Assembly: GCA_963700285.1 (NCBI GenBank)
Contig: CAVOXA010000001.1
Span: 256,001-320,000 of the forward strand
Source of the DNA: an uncultured Chloroflexia bacterium
GTDB taxonomy: Bacteria; Chloroflexota; Anaerolineae; JAAYZQ01
DNA: 64,000 bases
Direction: 5' to 3'
The position numbers and the translations under genes were made by a program. Below the pieces are notes generated by a model that was not told where the DNA came from, did not search any database, and worked only from the letters and a program-made list of their open reading frames with translations. Shown here in pieces: positions 49,854 through 61,242 of the stretch; the first letter of the stretch is position 1, and each line of letters opens with the position of its first letter.

Positions 49854-51311
49854 CTATTCTTTCACCCGCTCTTCCGCCTCGGCCAGGACGCGCTGAATCA
49901 CCTCTTCCGTCTCTGGCTTGATGGGCGAGGGCTGGTGGGTGGCCAGAATGTCGCGCACGCGAGCGACAGTCCGTTCTTTGAAGCTCGTCTTACCCATCAT
50001 CTCCCACTCTTCATAGTTGCGGCGGTCGCAGAGTTTGGGATACCAGAACTCGGTCTTGTAGTGACGGCGGGTATGCTCCTCGCGCAGGTAATGGCCGTTG
50101 GGACCCACTCTGTGGATCGCGTCCACGGCCAGCGTGTCCTCGTTAACCTCGATGCCACGGGTGATGCGCCGCGAGTAGCCGATGGACTCGTCCATCGCCG
50201 CCAACTGGAAAACGGAACCGGTCATGGCGCTCTCGGTGTAGCCCACATCGTGGGTCAGATCGCCGCCAGTGAGGGCGGAGAAGAAGGCAGACAGCGAGCC
50301 TTCGATGATGGCCTGTTCGTCAAAGGTCTTTGAGTCGGTGCAGCCACCGGTCTGCCACAGGGGCAGCCCAGCAAAGTGAGCCAACTCGGTGAGCCCGGCC
50401 ATCATCAGCGACAGTTCCGGCGCGCCGTAAGCCAGGATCATGGAACTCATATCCATGACCGAGTAGACGCCGCCCATAAAGAAGGGCAGACCGGGCTGGA
50501 TGGCCTGGGCCAGGGTGAGGCCCATCCACGATTCGGCGGCGCCCTGGGTGATGATGCCGGCCGCGGTGACGGGGGCGGTGCCCCCGGCGATGGGGCAGGG
50601 TGTAAAGATCAAAGGCACCCGGTGCTGGGCGGCAAAGATCAATTTGTCGATGGCCTCAAAGGTGCTGACCAGGGGCGAGAGCGGCTCACAATAGTGGACA
50701 TAAGTGGGCCGCTTTTCGAAGGCTTCCTGTCCCCCGGCCTCGGCAACGGCAATCTCGTGGATGCCGGCCGAGTCAAAGCGGTCGTAGGACCAGGCGACGA
50801 TGGGCTTGCTGGTGTTGGGGAACATGCCAGCGAACTCGTAGAGGGCGCCCAGGGCGTGGTGTACGTCGTTGACGGTGCCCAGGGACTCGCAGAAGTCGAT
50901 GTTGGGTAGGGCATCCACGGTCTTGGCCACGATGGGCACATCGGTCTTGACGTAGGGCCGGCGCTCCAGCGTCTCGACGTCGATAAAGTTGGGGCAGGTG
51001 GGGCCAGGGCCAAAGTGCGCCCGGCCTGGCCCGATGTGGATGTTGTGCGCGGGGTTGCCATCGCGGGCCCAGATGGTGAAGGAGCGCGGTGCTTGGTCCA
51101 ACGAGCGCCTGACCAGGTAGGAGGGCAAGCGAACGCGCAGCCCATCCACCCAGGCACCAGCTTCTTTCAGGATCTCCCGGGCTTCGTCGTGGTATACATC
51201 GAGGCCCGTGTACTCTAACAGATGGAGTACGCCGTCAAAGAGCTCCTGCAGTTGGTCCTGGGAGAGAAGCTCAAAGCGTACCCCGGAATTGATACGATAG
51301 TTCGTCCTCAT
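49854..51311 (-). CDS. Non-pyrrolysine MttB family protein 2
   Basis: EPLSPL, GGTAPVTAAG, YGAPE, TGGCTDSKTFDEQA, HDVGY, VGPNGHYL. Confidence 0.92.
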   Translation of the reverse strand: MRTNYRINSGVRFELLSQDQLQELFDGVLHLLEYTGLDVYHDEAREILKEAGAWVDGLRVRLPSYLVRRSLDQAPRSFTIWARDGNPAHNIHIGPGRAHFGPGPTCPNFIDVETLERRPYVKTDVPIVAKTVDALPNIDFCESLGTVNDVHHALGALYEFAGMFPNTSKPIVAWSYDRFDSAGIHEIAVAEAGGQEAFEKRPTYVHYCEPLSPLVSTFEAIDKLIFAAQHRVPLIFTPCPIAGGTAPVTAAGIITQGAAESWMGLTLAQAIQPGLPFFMGGVYSVMDMSSMILAYGAPELSLMMAGLTELAHFAGLPLWQTGGCTDSKTFDEQAIIEGSLSAFFSALTGGDLTHDVGYTESAMTGSVFQLAAMDESIGYSRRITRGIEVNEDTLAVDAIHRVGPNGHYLREEHTRRHYKTEFWYPKLCDRRNYEEWEMMGKTSFKERTVARVRDILATHQPSPIKPETEEVIQRVLAEAEERVKE

Positions 51312-51403
51312 GGAGAGAACCTCCTCATTTGTTTAGGGCGAAGGCTGAACCTGAGTTTCTTCCGATCAACCTCAGCCATAACCTTAGACTGAATCTTGCT
51401 GAG

Positions 51404-52042
51404 CTAGGCGCCTACTAGCTTTTTGGCCAGTTCAGCGGCGGCCGCCGCGTTCGAAGCGTAGCCATCGGCGCCGATCTGGTCGGCAAAGGCCTGGGTCACA
51501 GGCGCGCCGCCGATCATGACCTTGACCGTGTCGCGTACGCCGGCCTCTTCCAGAACCCTGATAGTGCTTTCCATGGAGCGCATGGTCGTGGTCAGGAGGG
51601 CCGACATGCCCAACACGTCGGGTTCATATTCCTTCACGGCATCAACAAAGGCCTCGGGAGCGATGTCTTTGCCAATGTCCTTGACCTCAAAGCCTGCGCC
51701 TTCACACATCATGCCTACCAAGTTCTTGCCGATGTCGTGCAGGTCGCCCTTCACCGTGCCCAGGAGTACTTTGCCCATCATCTGGACGCCGGCTACGGCC
51801 AGCAGCGGTTTGAGGATGTCCATAGCTACCTGCATGGTCCGGGCCGAGCGCAGGACTTCGGGCACGAACATGTTGCCGGCCTTGAACTCGACGCCGACAT
51901 AATCCATGCCGGGCATCAGCCCCTTGTTGAGGATCTCCTCGGCGCTGATATCGTCGTCCAGGGCATCCTCGGTCAGATCTTGAATTTCGCCCAGGTCGCC
52001 CTCGATGACGACGGTAGAAATCTGTTCAAGAATCTCACTCAT
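51404..52042 (-). CDS. Corrinoid (B12-binding) protein 2
   Basis: FVPEVLRSA, GTVKGDLHDIGKNLV, GMSALLTTT, IGGAPV. Confidence 0.95.
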   Translation of the reverse strand: MSEILEQISTVVIEGDLGEIQDLTEDALDDDISAEEILNKGLMPGMDYVGVEFKAGNMFVPEVLRSARTMQVAMDILKPLLAVAGVQMMGKVLLGTVKGDLHDIGKNLVGMMCEGAGFEVKDIGKDIAPEAFVDAVKEYEPDVLGMSALLTTTMRSMESTIRVLEEAGVRDTVKVMIGGAPVTQAFADQIGADGYASNAAAAAELAKKLVGA

Positions 52043-52162
52043 GTTACCTTGACCTCCTTGATTTTACCATAATCTCCCGTCGTTCTGCCGCATAGTCTGT
52101 CGTACGATCTATTGTTCTCCCGGCTCATCACCTCCCTCCGACAGCCGGTCGCTGATGGTTAC

Positions 52163-53595
52163 TTATTGCCAATGTTTCTCCATCTTTGCTAGCTCTTGGG
52201 CAACGTCTCCAGGTAGAGGCGCAGGTTGATGATCCATGGCTAGTTCTGTCCGCTCGCGCAGTCGCTCTTCGAACTGCTTCCCGCCCTTTGCCTGCCACTG
52301 GTCATAGATGGAGCGGTCGAACAGCTCCGAGTACCAGACATTCCGGAAGTGCTTGAGCGTGTGGTTCTCCAACAAGTGGTGCCCGCCGGGGCCGACTTTG
52401 TCCATCAGATCCAGGGCCAGAGACTCATCACTGACCGGGACTGCCGCCCATGTACTGCTCCACCATGTGCAGGATCTCGTTGACCAGCACCATGTAGGCG
52501 GGCGAGGCAACCGATCCATGGTCAAGCCAGCCCGAGTCGTGGACCAGGTTGGCGCCACTGAGCGCTGAGCTCAAACAGGAGAAGGCGGCCTCGGCGGCGG
52601 CCTGCGCGTCGGGGAACTTGGCGTCGGAGCAGCCCGCGGTGCCAAAGAAGGGCAGGCGATAGTGCTGGGCCATCTGGGCCATAGCAGCCACCATCAGGCT
52701 CATCTCTGCCGCGCCGTAGGAAAAGATGGTCGTTTTCATGTCCATGATCGTGGCAAAGGCGCCATAGATAAAGGGCGCCCCTGGCCGGACCAGTTGGGAC
52801 AGCACCAGTCCGCTGAGGGATTCGGCGCTGCCCTGCACGATCTCGCCGGCAAAGGTCGCCGGGCGCCGTGCTGCCGCCCTGCGGCGCCGGGTAGTTGATG
52901 AGAGGGATGCCCTTCTCGGCACAGAAGAGGATCTTTTCCACGGCCGGATCGTAGTACAGCAGCGGTGAGATTGGTTCGGAGTAGTGGACGCAGGTAGGCG
53001 CCTGCCGGAACTGATCTTCGCTGCCTGCGACCAGCAGGTACATTTCATAGATGTCGCGGGTGCTGTTGACGTCCTTGCAGCAAAAGACCAGTGGTTTTTC
53101 GCAATAGGTCAGTACCTGCTTGGCAATCACCCGGTCGGCGATGTCGGCTGGGACATCGTCGGCCATGCCAATGGTCATGACCCAGGAAAAGTTGGGCAAG
53201 GCATCGGCGACGATCGAAGTGATGCGGCAGTCGATCGCTGGCAAATCGGCGTCGCTCTCCTGTGCAGGGGCTCCAGATAGTCGACGCAGTCCACGCTGGG
53301 ACCAAACCAGACCTTGTCCCCTTCCAGGAATACGGATCGTGTGCCATCGCGCTGGCCCAGCACGACGCGGGAGGGCGCGGTACGTATGGCATCCTCGACC
53401 ATCCAGGCGGGCAGGTGTGCTCGATCTCCGTGCGACGCGCGCTCCGGCGCCGTGCAGCAGTTCCAGTGCCCGGGGATGGGTGATCTGGATGCCGGTTCGC
53501 TCCAGCAGCTCCAGCGTGGCCCAGTGGATCTGCTCGATCTGTTCCTCATTGAGTACCGACAGTCTGGGTTTGAAATTTAGGTCAGGATAGATCAT
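52163..53595 (-). CDS. Non-pyrrolysine MttB family protein 3 (several indels)
   Basis: IEQIHWATLELL, EPISPL, GGSTAP, RPGAPFIYG, TAGCSDAKFPDAQA, HDSGWL, VGPGGHHL. Confidence 0.88.
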
Positions 53596-53610
53596 CAGGG
53601 TGCCTCCTTC

Positions 53611-54587
53611 TCACAATGGTAGCCAGATGCCGATCCCCTTCTTCACAGCCTGCTTGTAGAGGAGGGGAGCGACGGCCATGTCGTCCAGGGCCAGGCCCAG
53701 GTTGGCGGCAATGGTCCGCTCTGCGGGTGTCTCGCGGCCCGGCTTCTGTCCCGGTCACCAACTCTCCCAGGTCGGCGTGGACGGATGGGATATCCTGAAA
53801 GTAGCCGACGCCTTCATAGTAGTGCAGTTGAGCCAGATCATCGGTGCAGAACTTGTCCGACTTCCCTCATGGCGTCGGGGTGCCAGTAGGAGTCAAAGTC
53901 CACCAGGGAGGCAAAGGCGCCCGCGTCCATCCAGCCGGCCTGGATGGTCCGGTGTGGCACTTTCAGGATCGGGCCGGCGGTGACGATCAGGTCGCAGCCG
54001 GTCACGGCAGCCCGGGGTGTGTCCACTACGACCACCTCCAGGCCAAAGCCGGCTGCCGATCTCTTCTGCGTAGCAGCGGGCCGTCTGCGGTATCCAGATC
54101 ATAGGCCATCACGCGCTCCAGCGGAAAGAGGACGTTCAGCGCCTCGACGTTGGTGCGTCCCTGCACGCCACAACCCGAGAATGCCGACGACCGATGATTC
54201 GGGCCGGGCCAGGTAGCGGGCAGCCACGGCTGTGGCCGCCCCGGTGCGCATGGCCGTGATCCAGACACAGTCCATCACGGCCAGGGGCAGGCCGGTTTCG
54301 ACGTCGTTCAGGATGAGCAGGCCGGTGATGTAGGGCAGCCCCCGGCTGGCGTTCTCGGGAAAGCCGCTGACCCACTTGACCCCAGCCGACTTCATGGCCG
54401 GGATGTAGGCCGGCATGGCGTGGATAAAGTTGTCGCCCTCGCCTGGATGGATGCCCGGCTTGGGCGGCATCTCTACGCGACCCTCCCCCTTTTCACGGAA
54501 AGCGGCTTCCAGGGCATCGATGATCTCGGCCATGGTCAGGCCCACGGCGGCGACATCAGTCTGGGAAAGATAGAGGATCTGGCTCAT
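53611..54587 (-). CDS. Ornithine cyclodeaminase / mu-crystallin family protein (indels)
   Basis: MPPKPGIHP, HAMPAY, GVKWVSGFPEN, ITAMRTGAA, GCGVQG, NLGLALDDMA. Confidence 0.88.
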
Positions 54588-54674
54588 AGATACGGGTGTT
54601 TTCCTTTCGCTCTTCGACCTGCCCTCAAACCTGGGTGCTGGTCCTTCTAGATTTCGTGAAGGTCGCAAGTCCTT

Positions 54675-56089
54675 TTAGGTACTGTGTTCCTCCACAAATG
54701 CCTGCAATTGACGGGCTATCGTTTTGTCCAGGGGCGGATCTTTCGTGTTCGGCCACCAGCCTTCGCCATCGCTGGCGGGCGCGGGCCACGGCATCCTGCC
54801 GTCCGCCCAGCATCCACCCCTCCAGACCTCCACGGTCGCAGAGTGCCGGCTGCCAGAACTCCTTGCGACAGCGTTTGACGGTGTGCGTCTCCATGAGGTA
54901 GTTGCCCCCCGGTCCCACGTTGGCGATGACGTCGTAAGCCAGGGTTTCGGGGGTGACGGCGATCCCTCGGTGCAGGCGGCGTACCATGCCGCACATCTCG
55001 TCGTCCAGGACGAACTTTTCGTAGGAGAAGGCCAGGTAGGAGCTGAGGATGCCGCCCGCGTGCATGACAAAGTCCAGGCCGCAATTCACGGTGGTAAGCA
55101 AGGCCAGCATCGACTCAAAGCCGGCCTGGGCGTCGGGATAGCTGGCATCGGTTAGCGCGCCGCCGCTGCGGGATGGCAGGCCGTAGTAGCGGGCCAATTG
55201 GGCATGGGCGGCGATCATTTGTGACAGTTCTGGGCTGCCGATGGCTAGGGCGCCCGATTTCATGTCGATGTTGGTAGATGTGGAGCCAAAAACGACCGGG
55301 GTGCCAGGGCTGACTATCTGTGTCAGGGCGGTACCGGCCAGCAGTTCGGCCGTCTGTGTGGCCAGCATACCAGCCAAAGTGACAGGTCCGGTGGAGCCAG
55401 CCATCATCAGGGCAGCAATGACCACCGGCTGGCGCGCCCTGGCGTAGGCTACCAGCGCCTCGAGCATCTCCGTGCCGTAGGCCAGTGGGCTGAGGCTGTT
55501 GATCAGGCCCAGGGTCACCGCCCGATCGCCTGCTCCGCCAAAGAGGATGTCTGCCATCGCCAGGGTGTGCTGCGCGCCCCGGCGCCCACGGTGCTGCCGA
55601 TGAAGGGCTTGTCAGAGTGGATCATGTGGGCCTGCAACATATGCAGGTGGGCCGCGGCGGCAGCGATGTCTCCGGGCTCCGCCAGCAGGTGCCCGCTCAG
55701 GTCCTGGTTGGGCAGCGCGTGGGCCAGCTTGACCAGGTTGTGATAATCATCCATGGTCGGCATGCGCTTGCCAACCTCGGCGTCGACCAGGAACGGCGCG
55801 CCATAGCCGGGGGCAAAGACCGGGCGGCGCTTCTCCGTCGCTGCCTCCGATGGATACGCTCCGCTCAGGGTTGCGTGCGTGGATAGTGAACTGCTTCGGC
55901 ACAGTTTCCAGTGCCTTCATAAGCTGTCTTCAACGAGGTAGACGCGGCTGCCATCAGTCCTGACGCCGAATCCTGGAAGGCCAGCAGCGCTTCCTCGCAG
56001 GCAAAATCGACGCCAACCTCGGCCAGCAGCTTCATGCTGGTCTCGTGGATCTGTTCTATGTCTGTGGCAGACAGCAACTCCTGATACAT
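54675..56089 (-). CDS. Non-pyrrolysine MttB family protein 4, MtgB-like (indels)
   Basis: APGYGAPF, HSDKPFIGS, INSLSPL, GSTGPVTLAG, IGSPE, PSRSGGALTDA, HAGGIL, VGPGGNYL. Confidence 0.88.
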
Positions 56090-56211
56090 CGCGTCATTCC
56101 TCCTTGTTGACGCGTCCGGTCTTTCATCCCTGCCAAGGTTCAGGCCAAGGCCGGCCTCTGCACCCATTGGCAAAGGCCTCTCAGTGACGGCCCCTCAAAA
56201 AGCTGTTGCCC

Positions 56212-57412
56212 TCATAGGCAATCCCCTCGGCGTAACGGGTCGGGCGCAGAGGGTTGTCCTCCAGGGCCAGTGCCCCTGTGACCAGGTCGGCAATGCGCTT
56301 CCCGGCCCCGGGAGATAGCATCACCCCGGCCCAGTAGCCGCAGTTCAGGTAGAAGCCGGCGTATCTCCGCCACTGGTCCTATGAGGGGTTGGTCGTCCGG
56401 TGTGTAGACGTATTGGCCCGCACTGGGATGCACATCCTCCTGCCTCGAACGTTCGGGCAATCTCCTTCCAAAATGGATTGAGCCGGACGAGCTTGTCCAG
56501 GACCATGGCCGGATAGTCCCAATCCAGGGGTAGCTCTTCGGCTGGTTCGCTAACCGGCTCGTCAGGATCGACCCAGGCGATGTAGGCGCCGCCTGTCTCG
56601 GGCCGCCAGTAGACGTCCTGCACCAGGTCAATGGTCAGCGGTGCGTCCTGAGGGATCTGCGGCTTGGGTGAGATAAAGGCCTTCTGGCGACGGATGGGCT
56701 CCAGGGGCAGGTCGAGGCCGGCCATGCGACCGACGATCCCCGCAAAGGGCCCGGCGGCATTGATCACGGTGCGAGTGCTGATGCTTCCCCGTGTTGTCTC
56801 GACTGCGGAGATACTCAGATCGCCCCCAGGGTGGTTCGTATCCGTCCGGATACCCGTGACTTTGGTACTTAGCAGGTAGCGCGCATCGCTTCCCTTCGCA
56901 AAGCCCTGGGTCACTTCGTGGGTGGACAGCCAGCCATCTTGCTGGCGGAAGGTGGCTGCGACTACATTTTCGGACAGGTACGGGAAGCGGGCCAGTAGAT
57001 CGTCGTGGTCGAGGAATTCGGAATCACCTACGCCCAGACGATGGTGCTGCTCTACGGCTGCTTTCAGGTCGTCCAACAGCTCCTCTTCGTCGGTGACGAA
57101 CAGATAACCTTGGTGCCGGAGCGAGATGTCATAGCCTGGCATGCCGATGACTTCAGCAAAGTTCTCAAAGATCTCGATGCTGGGCAGGGCCAGCTCGGCC
57201 ATGGGCGGCTCGGTAAATTGAGCGCGAAAGCACTCGATGGAATTGGGCGTGGTCAGGGTCGATAGGCCATCGCGCATTTCCACGAGTACCGTGTCCAACC
57301 CGGTTCGCGACAGCCAGAATGCGGTGGACACGCCGATGATGCCACCGCCGATGACGACGGCATCGGCAGTGGTCGGAAAGTCGCCTGCGTTGGGGGTGTA
57401 GATCTTGCCCAC
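56212..57412 (-). CDS. FAD-dependent oxidoreductase (DadA / sarcosine oxidase beta family; indels near 56370-56450)
   Basis: VVIGGGIIG, FRAQF, VINAAGPFA, YTPDDQPLIG, NCGYWAGVMLSP. Confidence 0.88.
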
Positions 57413-57413
57413 G

Positions 57414-58465
57414 CTACGCCTCGACTTTCTGGGTCCGCGACTTGCGCCCGGCGAGCGCGCTCACCGGCTTGGCTTGGGCCAGTAATAGAGCGGCAAAGCC
57501 GGATGGGTAGTAGATCATGACCACGACCATCAATATACCATAGTGGCCAGGTGAAGCCCGGGGACTCGGCAAAGTTGGAGTGTAGGAATTCGATGAGAAA
57601 AACAAAGGGGAAAGCGATAACCATGCCGCCCCAGAGGCTGCCGCGACCGCCGATATAGACAAGGGCCAGCACCTCTACCGTCTTGGAGGTATGCATCAAG
57701 GTCTGAGGCGTGAGCGCGCCAAAGTAGAAGGCATAGAACCCGCCTAGCCAACCGGCAAAAAAGGCGGAAAGGGTAAAGTTAAAGACCCGGTAGTAGGTTG
57801 GGTTGATGCCCGAAGCGCGGGCCGCGTCAAAGTTCTGGCCGATGGCTTTGAAGGCCAAGCCATAGTGGGAACGGACCACTTGCTTGAGGACGATATAGAC
57901 CACGAGCATCATAACCATGATGACGTAAAAGTAAGGGAGGTTGTCCGTGGTCTCCAGCAGGCTTTCGGGATGCAGTCCCAGCGGTCCTCGGGTCACGGCG
58001 GTCCAGTTGCGTATGATACCCAAGAGGGCAATGCCGACGAACCAGGACATAACCGCAGCAAAGATGCCGCGTAGGCGTAGGGTAAGCACACCCAGCCCGA
58101 AGCCCAACAACGCCGGACACGATGGCCCCGATCCAGATGGCGATCCAGGGTGAGAGGCCCGGTTGTATAGCTAGCACAGGCGAGGTATTGGCCATGATGG
58201 CTGCCGTATAGGCACCTAATACCGAGGATGGCGGCAAAGCCAAAGTTGACCACGTTGATATAGCCGGCGGTAAAGTCAAAGGCGACCGCCTGGGCGGCGA
58301 GAAAGGCGCCCATGATCAACCAGCGCAGCATATGCTCCTGGTTGAAGGGCGGAACAAGGGGCAGCACGAGGAGTACGAGGAGCAGGATCAAGGCCGCAAG
58401 GGCGAGAAGCCCATGGCACCCAATCCGCTGGTGAGGCGATTCCAGAGGCTGTTTTGGTTCTCCAT
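57414..58465 (-). CDS. Branched-chain amino acid-type ABC permease (LivM-like; indels)
   Basis: GYINVVNFGFAA, LRLRGIF, VTRGPLG, GLAFKAIGQN..AARASGIN, YIGGRGSLWG. Confidence 0.85.
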
Positions 58466-58484
58466 CCCAAGTCTCCTTTGCTCC

Positions 58485-59544
58485 CTACTGTTCCTGAACG
58501 CCTTTGACTTCGCTGCCAAAGATTCCCGATGGAACGAGGATGAGGATGATGATCATCACGATGGTAGGTACCACGTCTTCCCAGGCGATGCCGATGAACT
58601 GCTGGGTGGCGGTCTGGAGCAGGGCCACGATAAAGCCGCCAACAATGGCTCCATAGACGTTGCCCAGACCGACCAACATCACGACGTACCAGGAGAGGTA
58701 AAGGGGCTTGAGCCCAACGCGTGGGATAGGCCTGGAACATATAGAGCAGCGCAGCACCGGCCATGGCTGCCGTAGCCGTGGCCAGAGCGAAGGTCAGGGT
58801 ATGGATAAAGTCGAGATCAATGCCCACCAACTGCGCCCCCGTTTCGTCCTGGGCAACTGCCCGGATGGCCCGGCCGGTCCTGGTCCTCTGCATGAAAAAG
58901 TCAGTGCGATGATGGTGATGATCGGACACGACGCAAGGCAAAGATGCCGGTCCGCGGCGATTCGGATCTCGAGGATCTCGATGGGCGGGATGTAATAGTA
59001 GCGCGGGATGCCCCTGAAGTTGGGACCCAGGAGCAAAGTCGTGCCGTTGATCATGATGTAGGCCAGTCCCACCGTGAGCAGGAAGGTATTCATCACCCAG
59101 CCCGTCCCGGGTCCGGTGGCGTAGCGGTGCGAAGATTAGCCTCTCCAACACAGCCCACCAAGAAGGAGGCCTAGAATGGCGGCCGCGACCACGGCGATAA
59201 CCGGAGCAATGGCCGCCAGGAATAGCGTTCCCGTTTTCCTGCGACATAATTGTTGATAGGCGTGAAGACAAAGTAGCCCACGTAGGCGCCTACCATGAAT
59301 GATTCACCGTGGGCAAAGTGAGGGATGTTCATCACGCCGAAAACCAGCGCCAGACCTGCTGCCAGGAGGGCCAGGATGCCGCCGCTGACGATAGAATTGA
59401 CGATTTGGGATGGTCCTCGCTTCAACAGCGATGGCCAGTGCGAGCAGCAGCGTGCAACCAAGCACAACGACTGCGGGCCAGGTTGCTGCGCAGGCTGATG
59501 ATCAGCCTGTCCCAAAACGACGCTTGAGGCATTGCTCGTTCCAT
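58485..59544 (-). CDS. Branched-chain amino acid-type ABC permease (LivH-like; indels)
   Basis: GLALVFGVMNIPHFAHGE, RTRTGRAIRAVAQD..AQLVGI, GLGNVYGAIVGG. Confidence 0.85.
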
Positions 59545-59587
59545 GGCTTTCCTCTCCTATCTTGTCCTGCGACTTTCGCAGGCTGAG

Positions 59588-60315
59588 CTAGAGGCCCAGG
59601 TACGCGTTGCGCACGTGCTCGTTGTGTCTTCATCTCTCGGCTCGGGCCTTCCATCGCGATCCGGCCGTGCTTCGAGGACGTAGGCCCGGTCGGTGATGTC
59701 GAGTGTGGTATTCACATTCTGCTCCACCAACAGGATGGTGACGCCGCGTTTCTTTAGCTCAAGCAGGGCGCGAAAGACGTCGTGGGTCAAGATGGGGCGC
59801 CAGGCCCGAGGGAGGGCTCGTCGACCAAGAGCAGCTCGGGGTTAGACATCATACCCCGGGCGATGGCCAGCATTTTGTCGCTCGCCGCCGCTCATGGTGC
59901 CAGCCAGTTGCTTCTCTCGCTCCTGCAGCCGTCGGAAAGAGGCTGGTAGACAAAGCGCCAGTGTCTCGAGCTCCTTCTCTTTATCGTTGAGCAGCGTAAG
60001 CGCCCAGGAGGAGGTTCTCGCGCACGGACATGTCGGTGAAGAGGTTGAGGCCCTCAGAGATGTAGCTGATGCCCATCCGGCTCACGGTATGGGCCTTCAA
60101 GCCGGCCGATGCGCGTTGTCCTTGAATAGGATCTCTCCGCTCGTAGGGCGTGAGAAGTCCGGCCGATGGTCCGTAGCGTCGTGGTTTTGCCGCGCACCAT
60201 TTGGTCCCACCAGCGCCACGAACTCGCCCTCGTCCACGTAGCAACGAAAGGTCCCAGAGGATCTGGAGAAAGTCGTAACTCGTGTTTACGTTCTTTAGCT
60301 CAAGCAATTCTTCAT
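59588..60315 (-). CDS. ABC ATP-binding protein (LivF-like; many indels)
   Basis: LELKNVNTSY, MSVRENLLLGAY, AGTMSGGE, TILLVEQNV, DRAYVLE. Confidence 0.82.
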
Positions 60316-60378
60316 CTCCCTCCTGCTGAAGGTTGAGGTCCAGGGTTAGGCGGGGAGCAAAGGTTGAGACCCTTACAC

Positions 60379-61148
60379 TCAACCTTGGCCCTGATCCTGA
60401 TCCTGTATTTCATCCTCAGCAACAATCTCCTCGCCCAGGTAGGCTTCGATGACCTGTGGGTTTCCGCATGACTTCTTGGGCGGGTACCCTCGGCAATCGG
60501 ACGTCCCGTACTGGATGACCAATACCCGCTCGCAGATTCCGGTGATGACCTTCATGATGTGCTCGACGACGATCATGCCGACACCAGTAGTGTCCCGTAT
60601 CCTCAGGATCAGCGCCATCATGGCATCGAGCTCGCCGGGGTAGGCCCGAAGCCAGCTCGTCCAAGAAACAGGAGCTTAGGCCCACAGGCCAAGGCGCGGG
60701 CCAGGTCGAGTCGCTTGAGCTGCACGGCATTCAGGCGCTCGGCCGGGGCGTGGAAGTCCATGGGAAACTCGACAAATTCGCAGCGCTTCTTCTGCCCGCT
60801 GCCGGGCTGGGTTTTCGGCTGTCGTGGTCGGCGCCGAAGCGGGCGCCGACCATGACGTTCTCCAGGGCGGTCAGCTTGGGGAATGGGCGAGGGATCTGAA
60901 AGGTCCTCGAAAGCCCCTTGCGGCACATGACCTCGGCGACGGCGCCGGTGGTATCCTGGCCGATGAAGCTGACGCTGTCCGGAGATGGCTTGTATGTGCC
61001 AGCCACGCAGTTGAGAAAGGTGGTCTTGCCCGCTCCGTTGGGCCCGATGAGGCCGACGATCTCGCCGGCATCGACCTGGAGCGTGACTCGGTTCACGGCA
61101 GTCAAGTCCGCCAAAGTTTTTCACAATGTGTTGTGCGTCCAGTATCAT
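60379..61148 (-). CDS. ABC ATP-binding protein (LivG-like; indels)
   Basis: GLIGPNGAGKTT, RTFQIPRPF, LDLARALA, LDELASGL, IVVEHIM, VIEAYLG. Confidence 0.85.
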
Positions 61149-61242
61149 CTGTACTCACCTCCGCTCCCTCGAGCCGGGAGGCGTGATCGGGCCGCCGCGG
61201 ACGAGTTGGCCCCGCCAGCCCATTTGCCAGAGCGAATGATGG

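Noticed and set aside
46805-56089. Pyrrolysine or selenocysteine recoding in MttB genes
   Set aside because: No in-frame TAG or TGA at the expected site; ORF breaks are frame changes; no pyl or sel genes in the window.
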